The notes under the pieces are model-generated. The model ran no database searches and was not told the origin of the DNA. It saw nothing but the letters and a program-made list of their open reading frames with translations. Source: Nitrospinota bacterium (GTDB lineage: Bacteria > Nitrospinota > Nitrospinia > Nitrospinales > VA-1). Taken from it: a DNA stretch of 16,246 nucleotides. Below, piece by piece: positions 1 through 7,631 of this stretch (positions within the stretch are counted from its first letter, which is position 1; every line of letters begins with the position of its first letter). The stretch is taken from assembly GCA_038108555.1 (NCBI GenBank), contig JAYNIA010000004.1, positions 115,663-131,908 of the forward strand, written 5' to 3'. A program made the position numbers and the translations under genes.

Positions 1-194
1 ACGAGCATGGAAAATACCTCAAAAACCTTTAAATGCAGGGAATAGTTCTTTGAAAACTCATCCACTGTTTCAAGCGAAACAGCAAAAACATTCATTATGA
101 TGAGAGTAATGATAAAAATATTAAATCCACGACAGTAAATATCCCCTTTGGATTCAGGTTCGAGAATTTCACTGATTCTAACTTTAATGTCCAT
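1..194 (-). CDS. Ion transporter / voltage-gated K+ channel-like membrane protein, 5' part (runs off the window edge)
   Basis: Not in the ORF track. Manual translation from ATG 194 (SD-like GGGAGAG upstream): MDIKVRISEILEPESKGDIYCRGFNIFIITLIIMNVFAVSLETVDEFSKNYSLHLKVFEVFSMLV. The FxIFIIxLIxxNVxAVxLETV...FExFS pattern is typical of the S1-S2 helices of Ion_trans proteins. Confidence 0.8.
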   Translation of the reverse strand, partial: MDIKVRISEILEPESKGDIYCRGFNIFIITLIIMNVFAVSLETVDEFSKNYSLHLKVFEVFSML

Positions 195-249
195 CTGTCG
201 CTCTCCCACCGTCGTGAGTCATTTGGAACTGGCCTATTTCTTTACTCCA

Positions 250-1674
250 TCAATGTTTCAAACTGGAGGCCCAAACCTCATCACCAAGGACATCCAGCAG
301 ACTTTCTGAAAGGCAGGAGAAATCCAAATCGTCTTCTGCCTTATTCTCTGCTTTTTTATAAATACTCCGTGCCCCCTCCCCATCACCCAGTTTTTCTATA
401 TAACATTCTGCCAAACTGAGGAGATCACAAAAATCTTCTGCGGAGGCTTCTGCCTTTTTGTATAGCTGCCCTGCCCAATTCTCATCACCTAATTTGGCAA
501 AAACATTATCAGCCAATTCATAATACTCAGAAAACTCACTAGCGTTTTCTTCCGCTTTTTTAAAGATATTTAACTGCCAGTTTTTATTCTCAAGTAATTC
601 GAAAACGCTTTCCGCCAGATCACATAGCTCCCTCACATTTTCCGGAAGTGTTTCTGCTCTCTGAAATAATTTTTTGACCCAATCTTTATCTTTCAGGGAT
701 TCAAAAATGCTATAAGCCAGCCAATTCAAATCAAGACTGGTTTCCACACATTCCTCTGCTTTCCGGTAAATTTTTTTAGCCCAACCCTTGTCATTCAAAA
801 GACATGCAACACTGTAGGCCAGCCAATTCAAATCCAGACAATCCTCTGCCTGTTCCTCCGCCTTTTGATAAACATTTCGAGCCCAGGCCGGATCGCCAGC
901 TTCTGCAATTTGATCGGCCAGGTGTTTCAGGTCACAGGCATCCTGCGCATTTTCCTCAGCTGTTTTGAATTTTTGAATCAGATATTCGTCCGTATTTTTA
1001 AAGGAGGGTGGTGGAGATAAGGTTTCTTTTTTAGGGGGGTTTTCGTTTTTGATGGACTTAAAATATTCCAGATAATGGATCTTATCTCCTCCATACAAAA
1101 ACCCCTTTTCGTATTTTGACTTGGGAAGGTTTTTTCTTTCAAAAAAAACTCCGTCCTTGTTTTGCAATAAGGGTTCTTTGTTGAAATACTCAAAAATCTC
1201 GTTGGCGTAGGTGGGACTATCGGTGGCAAGAAACACCCGGCCTCCCTGCGACAATTTTTCCGCTACCTGGGTTACCAATTCAGGTTTAACCAGGCGGCGT
1301 TTGGAATGTCGTTTTTTAGGCCAGGGATCGGGAAGGTTGATATAAATTTCGTTTAATTCTTCCGCGTTAAAAAGGAATGAAAATTTTTCGCGGATATCAC
1401 CATAGATAACCCGGATATTTTTTAATTGGAAGAAATGAATACGTTCCAGTAATTTCTGAATGCATTCTTTGGAAAAATCGATCCCAATAAAATTACTTTC
1501 GGGTTCCCTTCGCGCCATGGCGACTAAAAAATCCCCCATTCCAAAACCAATTTCCAGTTTTAGAGGATGAGAATTCCCGAATTGGGTTTTCCAATCCGGG
1601 TTTTCTTTAACATCTAAAAAGAAAGGGTCTTCCACTGAAAAAGAGGAAGAAGGTCTGGCTGTCAACAATCCCAT
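250..1674 (-). CDS. trmB: tRNA (guanine-N7)-methyltransferase TrmB fused to a C-terminal TPR-like helical repeat region
   Basis: Residues ~35-205 carry TrmB motifs LEIGFGMG, GD, PDPWPKKRHSKRRL, ATD and SKYE. Residues ~230-474 are 34-aa tandem repeats. Confidence 0.9.
   Translation of the reverse strand: MGLLTARPSSSFSVEDPFFLDVKENPDWKTQFGNSHPLKLEIGFGMGDFLVAMARREPESNFIGIDFSKECIQKLLERIHFFQLKNIRVIYGDIREKFSFLFNAEELNEIYINLPDPWPKKRHSKRRLVKPELVTQVAEKLSQGGRVFLATDSPTYANEIFEYFNKEPLLQNKDGVFFERKNLPKSKYEKGFLYGGDKIHYLEYFKSIKNENPPKKETLSPPPSFKNTDEYLIQKFKTAEENAQDACDLKHLADQIAEAGDPAWARNVYQKAEEQAEDCLDLNWLAYSVACLLNDKGWAKKIYRKAEECVETSLDLNWLAYSIFESLKDKDWVKKLFQRAETLPENVRELCDLAESVFELLENKNWQLNIFKKAEENASEFSEYYELADNVFAKLGDENWAGQLYKKAEASAEDFCDLLSLAECYIEKLGDGEGARSIYKKAENKAEDDLDFSCLSESLLDVLGDEVWASSLKH
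253..987 (-). repeat. About 7 tandem 34-aa TPR-like protein repeats within the TrmB fusion
   Basis: Consensus W(A)xxx(Y/F)xKAExxAExxxDLxxLAxxxxxxLxD. Trp-to-Trp spacing is 34 aa, e.g. WARNVYQKAEEQAEDCLDLNWLAYSVACLLNDKG then WAKKIYRKAEECVETSLDLNWLAYSIFESLKDKD. Confidence 0.85.
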
Positions 1675-1696
1675 GGCGGTTAATACATCAGGTTAT

Positions 1697-1858
1697 TTAT
1701 TTTCCCAGTAAATCGTTCATTTTATTAGCAGCATCTTCTGCCGCTTTATCCAGTTTTTCTCCGGCTTTTTCTGCTGGACCTTTTTCTTCGCATCCCACCG
1801 TGCCCATTACGGAGAAAACTAAAAATAAAGCTACTAAAATTTCTTTAATTTTCTTCAT
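1697..1858 (-). CDS. Small lipoprotein, 53 aa
   Basis: Below the ORF-track cutoff. MKKIKEILVALFLVFSVMGTVGCEEKGPAEKAGEKLDKAAEDAANKMNDLLGK*. Strong SD (GAAAGGAGAG), basic N-terminus, hydrophobic stretch, lipobox-like TVG-C, then GPAEKAGEKLD. Confidence 0.85.
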   Translation of the reverse strand: MKKIKEILVALFLVFSVMGTVGCEEKGPAEKAGEKLDKAAEDAANKMNDLLGK

Positions 1859-1987
1859 AACTCTCCTTTCATTCAATTAGCCCTGGAAATTATTTTCTAT
1901 CCATAATTAAGATTCTATTCCGTTCTTAATAAAAAGGAAATTAAAATATTGTGATATGCTATCCAATAAAAATTTTGGTAATTAACT

Positions 1988-2791
1988 ATGAAAAAAAACC
2001 TATCTATTACCTTATCCTTTCTTCTATTTGCTTCCTTCGCCTCTGCTCACGGAATGTCAGAAGCAGAAAAACAAAGCATTCTTCAGGGTGGAAACCTGCA
2101 ATATTTGAAAATTGGTGCATCCCATATGTTAACGGGATACGACCATCTGTTGTTCGTTTTTGGTATTGTATTTTTTCTTACAACTTTTTTGGATGTCGTC
2201 AAATACATCACCGCGTTTACTATTGGCCATAGTATCACCCTTATAACCGCCACATTAATGGGAGTGACCGTAAATTATTATTTGATTGATGCTGTTATTG
2301 CGCTTAGTGTTTGTTATATCGGCTATGAAAACCTGGGTGGATTCAAAAAATTTTTTGAAAAAGGGCTCAACATGATCTGGGCCGTTTTTATTTTTGGTCT
2401 GATTCACGGATTGGGACTCTCCACCCGTCTGCAACAACTTCCGCTGGGAGAAGAGGGCATTGTCTGGAGAATTCTCTCCTTTAATATAGGTATAGAGTTG
2501 GGACAAGTCGCCGCTTTATGTATGATGGTTGCTTTGCTCTTTAAATGGCGGCGCACTCAATCCTTTTTACAAATCAGCGATGTTTCCAACAACGCACTGA
2601 TTTATGCAGGGGCCTTTCTTTTTTTATTCCAAATTCATGGATACTCACATACCCTCGATCCCGATGAATTTCCCTTTCCAGAGGACAGCCATTTCCACGC
2701 CCATGAAAAAATGGATGTGCAGAGCCTTGATCCGGGAAGTGAATATCTTGTAAACCCAAACGCTAATACTTCGAATCCTTTAGATCTGTAA
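1988..2791 (+). CDS. HupE/UreJ family membrane protein (putative Ni/Co transporter)
   Basis: Signal peptide ending ASA-HG. Motifs HMLTGYDHLLF, AFTIGHSITL, FGLIHGLG and SFNIGIELGQ are typical of HupE/UreJ-2 proteins. Confidence 0.88.
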   Translation: MKKNLSITLSFLLFASFASAHGMSEAEKQSILQGGNLQYLKIGASHMLTGYDHLLFVFGIVFFLTTFLDVVKYITAFTIGHSITLITATLMGVTVNYYLIDAVIALSVCYIGYENLGGFKKFFEKGLNMIWAVFIFGLIHGLGLSTRLQQLPLGEEGIVWRILSFNIGIELGQVAALCMMVALLFKWRRTQSFLQISDVSNNALIYAGAFLFLFQIHGYSHTLDPDEFPFPEDSHFHAHEKMDVQSLDPGSEYLVNPNANTSNPLDL

Positions 2792-2797
2792 AAATTT

Positions 2798-2949
2798 TCA
2801 ATTTAACGAGTACTTTTTATTCTCTTTTACCAACTTGCGGGCTTTTTTAAGGTCATCCATGGGGAATTTACAAACATTGTTTTCGCAAACATATACCGTC
2901 TTCCGACCCCCTAGTTTTGAAAAATGAATCATATATTTAAAGAAATGGA
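2798..2949 (-). pseudogene. C-terminal remnant of a YyaL-like (thioredoxin-domain, SPATA20-like) gene
   Basis: Frame reads IHFFKYMIHFSKLGGRKTVYVCENNVCKFPMDDLKKARKLVKENKKYSLN*. GxxTxYVCENxxCxxP is the motif I recognise from the extreme C-terminus of YyaL-family proteins, normally about 700 aa. The rest of the gene is absent. Confidence 0.6.
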
Positions 2950-4671
2950 TTAATCGAGGTGGATGCCAAATCCTATCAGGAACAATTTGGAACAATCTGC
3001 CAGAGTAGCTCCTGAACTGGGTTTGGCGAAAACGTGGACAATACAATAAAACTGGATCGTGCAATACATGGCAATGAAGTCGGTGAACCAGTAACGGTCC
3101 AGCGTCCAGGGTTTTCGCCTGGGCTTTCTCCAGAATAAATAAAGTTCCGTTACGGTTATTCCCAATGACAACAAAACAAAATAAGGCCAGGTCTTTATTA
3201 CTTCCCAGAAATTTTCAAAAAACATTCCGTGATAAAACATTCCTTCCGTCACATGGCCCCATACGAGGTTTCCCATGGCCACAGCCGCAAACGTGGCTAA
3301 AGTTATTCGTAAGACAATATTGTTTTTGAAAAACCTGAAAAAGGTGGGGTAATAAAAACAGCGCACCAGAAATTCTCTGTAATGGAAAGTAAAGCGAATC
3401 CAAAACGTGACTAGATTGGTGGCCATCCACGGCTTGTTGAAGTAAGGGTCCATCCGGTAACCACACACCCGCCATATTCCTGTTTTGAAATGGACCGATC
3501 CTCCCCATAACATCATCCATCGTATTTGGTCCAAAACCGTGGTGGCCAGAACAGATGAGGTGGTTACTTCTTTTCCATCGACATAATATGAAACCATTCT
3601 TGTAATCCTGGCGTTATAAACTTCGATTCCAAAATACTCGAAGAGGTCCACCAATCCATATCGAATCACATCGTTAAAAACGAGATAAACCAGGGCAATT
3701 CCCCAAATCTTGATTCCTTCAATCGCCAGTTTATTTTTATCTTCACAATAAAAATTGTTTTCAAGATAGGTATAACCCTGCCCAATGGTCACACCCCATT
3801 TCCAATTGGGAAGGGAGGCGGGTGTTAAAAAAATGGAAAGATAATTTATGGGAGAAACTTCTTTCGGCATTCGACCACTTTTGTAGTCTACGTGGTACAT
3901 CATCAACCTTTCCCAATGCCAGAAGAACAGCAGGACTCCCAATGGCAGGGTCCAAACCTCCCCATTAACACCTTCCCAAATCGCCCCAACGCAAACCGTC
4001 AACAATGCCGATTGGACGACCAACGTCCTGAGTATCTTTACAAAAGTTTCGAACCGCAGCATTAATGGCCAAATCACCAAATTTAGGGAAAAGCAAAAAA
4101 CGATCCCCCAGGTGGATACAATTGAGGCATTCTTGTACCAGGTGTCATCGGGCTCACCAAAGGCAATGCACGCGAGCACTCCAGCAATCAACCCAAAAGA
4201 AAATTTTTGCGACGGCTTTGGAATATGCAAAACCAAATATACGAGCCAATGGACCAATACCAGACAGGTCGTGGTTCGCAAACCATACAAAACCACCATA
4301 CCAATGAGAAAGGAAATAAACAGCGAAGCCTTTTTGAAACGCATCGGAAGAAAATAAGCGAATAAGAAAGCAACGGCAACCACGGCAAACAGGATCAAAC
4401 GTTCGTCATCATTATTAAATTCATCCGTCGAAGAAAGGAACAGTTCGCTGTCTACGTTGTGGTCGTCGTCAAAAATATCTTCCGTTTCAATTCCCATTTG
4501 CTCAACCAAATGTTGAGGCCGCGGCAGATTCACCCAATCTGCAATATGGGTAAACAGGTAGGCGTAAACCAGCAAAAGCCCGATCACTGCGCAAACAACC
4601 GGCCAGCTTGTCCGGGCATTGTTTTCCTTTTGCTGTTCCTGAGTGAGGGGTTTACTTCCTAAAAAGGACAT
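2950..4671 (-). CDS. Divergent membrane-bound O-acyltransferase (MBOAT, DltB/AlgI-like), 573 aa
   Basis: Many TM segments. GYRMDPYFNKPWMATNLVTFWIRFTFHYREFLVRCFYYP matches the MBOAT NFxxPxxAxxxxxFWxRWHxxLxxxLxxYxYxP region. Candidate catalytic His in LVWGHV (3253-3255). Start overlaps the carrier-protein stop (TAATG). Confidence 0.8.
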   Translation of the reverse strand: MSFLGSKPLTQEQQKENNARTSWPVVCAVIGLLLVYAYLFTHIADWVNLPRPQHLVEQMGIETEDIFDDDHNVDSELFLSSTDEFNNDDERLILFAVVAVAFLFAYFLPMRFKKASLFISFLIGMVVLYGLRTTTCLVLVHWLVYLVLHIPKPSQKFSFGLIAGVLACIAFGEPDDTWYKNASIVSTWGIVFCFSLNLVIWPLMLRFETFVKILRTLVVQSALLTVCVGAIWEGVNGEVWTLPLGVLLFFWHWERLMMYHVDYKSGRMPKEVSPINYLSIFLTPASLPNWKWGVTIGQGYTYLENNFYCEDKNKLAIEGIKIWGIALVYLVFNDVIRYGLVDLFEYFGIEVYNARITRMVSYYVDGKEVTTSSVLATTVLDQIRWMMLWGGSVHFKTGIWRVCGYRMDPYFNKPWMATNLVTFWIRFTFHYREFLVRCFYYPTFFRFFKNNIVLRITLATFAAVAMGNLVWGHVTEGMFYHGMFFENFWEVIKTWPYFVLLSLGITVTELYLFWRKPRRKPWTLDRYWFTDFIAMYCTIQFYCIVHVFAKPSSGATLADCSKLFLIGFGIHLD

Positions 4672-4931
4672 TAGGACTGCAATTTATTAATTACAAAGTT
4701 TGAAAGACTGTCAATGTTTTGAAATATCTCTGCATTAATATCTGACTCCACAAGAGAAATTCCAAACTTTTCTTCCAGATGGAGGACGGTAGTTAAGACC
4801 CGGAGGGAATCTGTTATAAACAACGAGGGCAGGTCGGAAGTATCTGTAAGTTCTATATCAGAAGCTGGGAACTCACTTTGAAAAAATTGTTTTAAATCCG
4901 AAGATATTTTTTCTTTGTTGATGGGTTCCAT
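4671..4931 (-). CDS. Acyl/aminoacyl carrier protein (DltC-like), 86 aa
   Basis: Small acidic protein with DSL phosphopantetheine motif (Ser42, 4806-4808), followed by LEEKFGI and FQNIDSLSNFV. Confidence 0.88.
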   Translation of the reverse strand: MEPINKEKISSDLKQFFQSEFPASDIELTDTSDLPSLFITDSLRVLTTVLHLEEKFGISLVESDINAEIFQNIDSLSNFVINKLQS

Positions 4932-4963
4932 AAAATTACCTTAAAAATATTACAGGCCCAGCC

Positions 4964-6082
4964 CTATAAAATCTTAAAGGCGTTCAGGAGATCATTTTTC
5001 AGGTCTTCAATATTTTTCAGTCCAAACGACAATCGCACCAGGTTTTCACCGATATTGATTTGTCGTTTTTCTTCATCCGTCATGGATGCATGGCTTCCCG
5101 ACCAGGGTTGCGCGATCATGGATGTCACACAAGCCATGCCCGTTCCCGTATTGAAAATTTTTAAAGCCTGCATGAATTTTGGATATCCACCCGGATTTTT
5201 GAGTTCAAAAAACAAAATTCCTGCATATCCATTCAATTGTTTGCCATCTATTTTGGGATAATAAACTTTCTCCACCTGCGGCTGCTGGTTTAGAAAATCT
5301 CTCATTTCCGCACATACACTTTGTTGCTGTTTCAAACGGATGTCCAGGGTTTGCAGACTGCGACGGGTCAGCCATGCATTTTCAGGAGAAAGGAGCAAAC
5401 CTCCATAGAACCGCGTCTCGCGAAACTCATCCGCCAAGTCCTGGCGATCCGTCATTAAAACACCATTCATTACATCACTATGACCGGAAAAATATTTGGT
5501 CCCACTATGCAAAGACACATCTGCTCCCAACTCCAGGGGATGCTGGAATAAGGGGGTGGCCCATGTATTGTCAACCACGACCAATGCTTCCGGATTGTTT
5601 CCTTTAACATGTTTGGAAACTTTTTCGATGTCCACCGTTTTTAAAAACGGATTGGTCGGTGTTTCGAAAAATATCATTTTTGTATCGGAAGGTATTTTTT
5701 CAATATTTGATTCTTCAGAAAAATCCAAAGCCACCAGGTTGAATCCTCTCCGTTCACTGATTCGTTGCAACAATTTAAAGCTGCAGCCATAGATATAGGG
5801 ATTCACCACAAACGTGTCGCCTGTGCGAAGAAGCTCCAGAGTCATAAAAATGGCTGACATGCCACAGGTAACCGCCACAGCATGTTTAGCGTTTTCCAAA
5901 GTGAGCAGGACCTTTTCCAGCTCTGCAACATTGGGATTATTTTTGCGGGTATAAAAATAAGGAGAATCGGCTTCGAAAGCACTGGTTTGATAAACAGGGG
6001 TTACCGCAGGGTGCGCTCCTTCATCGTCTTCGCGAATATGTAAAGCACGAGTGATCGGATCGAATTTGTTTCCGTCTTCTAT
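4964..6082 (-). CDS. PLP-dependent Cys/Met metabolism enzyme (cystathionine gamma-lyase/synthase family); probable ATA start
   Basis: ETPTNP, DNTWATP, HSGTKYFSGHSD (PLP lysine) and LVRLSFG. The frame stays open 61 codons upstream of the track's TTG 5899 and encodes the conserved N-terminus (TRALH, AVTPVYQTSAF, YTRKNNPNVAELE). The family call is firm; the start position is inferred. Confidence 0.88.
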   Translation of the reverse strand: MEDGNKFDPITRALHIREDDEGAHPAVTPVYQTSAFEADSPYFYTRKNNPNVAELEKVLLTLENAKHAVAVTCGMSAIFMTLELLRTGDTFVVNPYIYGCSFKLLQRISERRGFNLVALDFSEESNIEKIPSDTKMIFFETPTNPFLKTVDIEKVSKHVKGNNPEALVVVDNTWATPLFQHPLELGADVSLHSGTKYFSGHSDVMNGVLMTDRQDLADEFRETRFYGGLLLSPENAWLTRRSLQTLDIRLKQQQSVCAEMRDFLNQQPQVEKVYYPKIDGKQLNGYAGILFFELKNPGGYPKFMQALKIFNTGTGMACVTSMIAQPWSGSHASMTDEEKRQINIGENLVRLSFGLKNIEDLKNDLLNAFKIL

Positions 6083-7485
6083 TGGTTCGGCTCCGCCAGA
6101 GAAAGTTTCAGTTTTTCAGGTATCTGCTTGCCCTCAAATTTTGGAAAGGCGGTCCTGTCATTTTCGGACACACCCTCTTCCAGGGAAATAGTTGGAAAAT
6201 GGGCCCGATCAAAAACCTCAAACAGGTTTGATTCTATATAATCCGGCAAAGCAATTTCCAGTCCTGTTTCCTCGGGATTGGATTTGGCAAGTATGAAACG
6301 GAAGCTTTCTTCAGCAGCCAGGGGGATTTCATTCCAAAACTCCTGATTCTTTCTCCGATAAAAAATACTGGCATCCTGAATTGAAGGGTTTTTCGCCTGA
6401 ACATGGATGGAGGTAATGTCGCCTCGCCATTCATAACTATGTTGGACAAAAGTTTCCGTTGGAAGAGCCACTTCCTTGCTCTTTAAGGAACCTTGCAAGT
6501 CGAGGGCCTTGAAATGAACCTCTTTGCCGCAGCTCTCACAGGTTGAATCTTCCTTCAAACTTTCAAGGTGCGCCGACAAACCGAACCGGTGCACCAGTTT
6601 ACTTCCACAATAATTGCAAAATGAACTGGTCGCATCTGTATTGGCAACATTCCCAAGATATACATGCTGAAGTCCCATTTCCTTTGCAATGGCCTGTGCT
6701 TTTTCCAAACGGTCGATTGGAGTACGGACGGTATCGCGCATGCGGTACTCGGGATGAAAGCGGACAAAATGCAGGGGAATTTCCGGACCCAGATTTTCCA
6801 AAACCCAACCCGCCATTTTTCTTGCCGATTCTTCATTGTCACTGATATCGGTGATCATTAGGTTACTGACCTCAAGATGTTTTCCGGCTTGAAGGATTTT
6901 TTTAGTCGCCTCCAAAACCGGTTGCAGCCAGCCCGTCGTCAGTTTTCGATAATACGCTTCATCGATGGCTTTGATGGAGACAGAAAAGATATCAATATAT
7001 GGCAAAAGTTCATCTAATGCTTCTTCAGTGATAAAGCAGGCGGATTTATATAAATTATATATTCCATGCTTTTGCGCAAGTTTGGCAGTGGCAATCACAA
7101 ATTCGTGCCAAACAACGGGGTCGTTATATGTCCAGGAAAGAACGCGAATGTTGTGCCGCAAAGCGGTTTCGATTATGGATTCGGGTGTAAAGGAATGGAC
7201 GTCTTTATCTTCTACAAACTTTGCCTGAGAGGTTTTCCAGTTCTGGCAATACTGGCAATTTAAATTACAGCCAATATTCCCCAGGGAAAGAATTTTTGCG
7301 CCTGGAGCAAAATGGTAAATCGCTTCGGTTTCGATCAATTCTTCGGTGACATGGACTCCCTTACCAAAAGTATAAGTCACCAATCTTCCATCACGGTTTC
7401 CGCGTACTCCACAAAAACCCAATTGCCCTTCCTTCATTTTGCAATTTCGTGGCGAAAGATTGCATTGCACTTCCCCATTTGGCAA
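6079..7485 (-). CDS. amrS: AmmeMemoRadiSam-type radical SAM enzyme with a C-terminal extension (original start may be ATG 7530, interrupted by TAG)
   Basis: CxxxCxxC in GCNLNCQYCQNW (7246-7269). N-terminal CNLSPRNC...GFCGVR, IETEAIYHFAPG, WTYNDP, PLHFVRFHPEY, VYLGNV, and CNYCG...CESCG. Confidence 0.85.
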   Translation of the reverse strand: MPNGEVQCNLSPRNCKMKEGQLGFCGVRGNRDGRLVTYTFGKGVHVTEELIETEAIYHFAPGAKILSLGNIGCNLNCQYCQNWKTSQAKFVEDKDVHSFTPESIIETALRHNIRVLSWTYNDPVVWHEFVIATAKLAQKHGIYNLYKSACFITEEALDELLPYIDIFSVSIKAIDEAYYRKLTTGWLQPVLEATKKILQAGKHLEVSNLMITDISDNEESARKMAGWVLENLGPEIPLHFVRFHPEYRMRDTVRTPIDRLEKAQAIAKEMGLQHVYLGNVANTDATSSFCNYCGSKLVHRFGLSAHLESLKEDSTCESCGKEVHFKALDLQGSLKSKEVALPTETFVQHSYEWRGDITSIHVQAKNPSIQDASIFYRRKNQEFWNEIPLAAEESFRFILAKSNPEETGLEIALPDYIESNLFEVFDRAHFPTISLEEGVSENDRTAFPKFEGKQIPEKLKLSLAEPNQ

Positions 7486-7572
7486 TTGCTGTTCCAGGTT
7501 GGCTAACTAGTATTCACCTTTGAAACTCATTGAGGCTCCAATGGACAATAATTCAAATAGATTTAGGCTAGC

Positions 7573-7581
7573 ATCTTATCA
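7573..7581 (-). promoter_or_regulatory. Candidate extended -10 promoter upstream of the radical SAM gene
   Basis: TG-A-TAAGAT on the minus strand in the AT-rich ~100-nt gap, about 40 nt upstream of ATG 7530. Confidence 0.35.
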
Positions 7582-7631
7582 CTATTCGGAATATTTTAGT
7601 GTTAAGGAAACGTTACATAATAACCAGGCCT

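Noticed and set aside
253..987. CRISPR or DNA-level tandem repeat (e.g. recurring agccagccaattcaaatc-like stretches)
   Set aside because: The recurrence has a 102-nt period, is degenerate, and follows the 34-aa protein repeats inside an ORF.
4964..6082. Assigning metB, metC or mgl as the gene symbol
   Set aside because: The motifs are shared across the whole family, and the context is not a Met/Cys biosynthesis operon.
6079..6125. Programmed -1 frameshift fusing the radical SAM and PLP enzymes
   Set aside because: The frames are -1 related, but the shared open stretch (6115-6082) has no properly phased X XXY YYZ slippery heptamer and I see no obvious downstream hairpin. An SD plus ATA explains the junction more simply.
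7507..7509. Genome-wide TAG reassignment or pyrrolysine
   Set aside because: TAG ends purM, the PLP gene and the CBS gene at family-typical positions, and no pyl genes are in the window.
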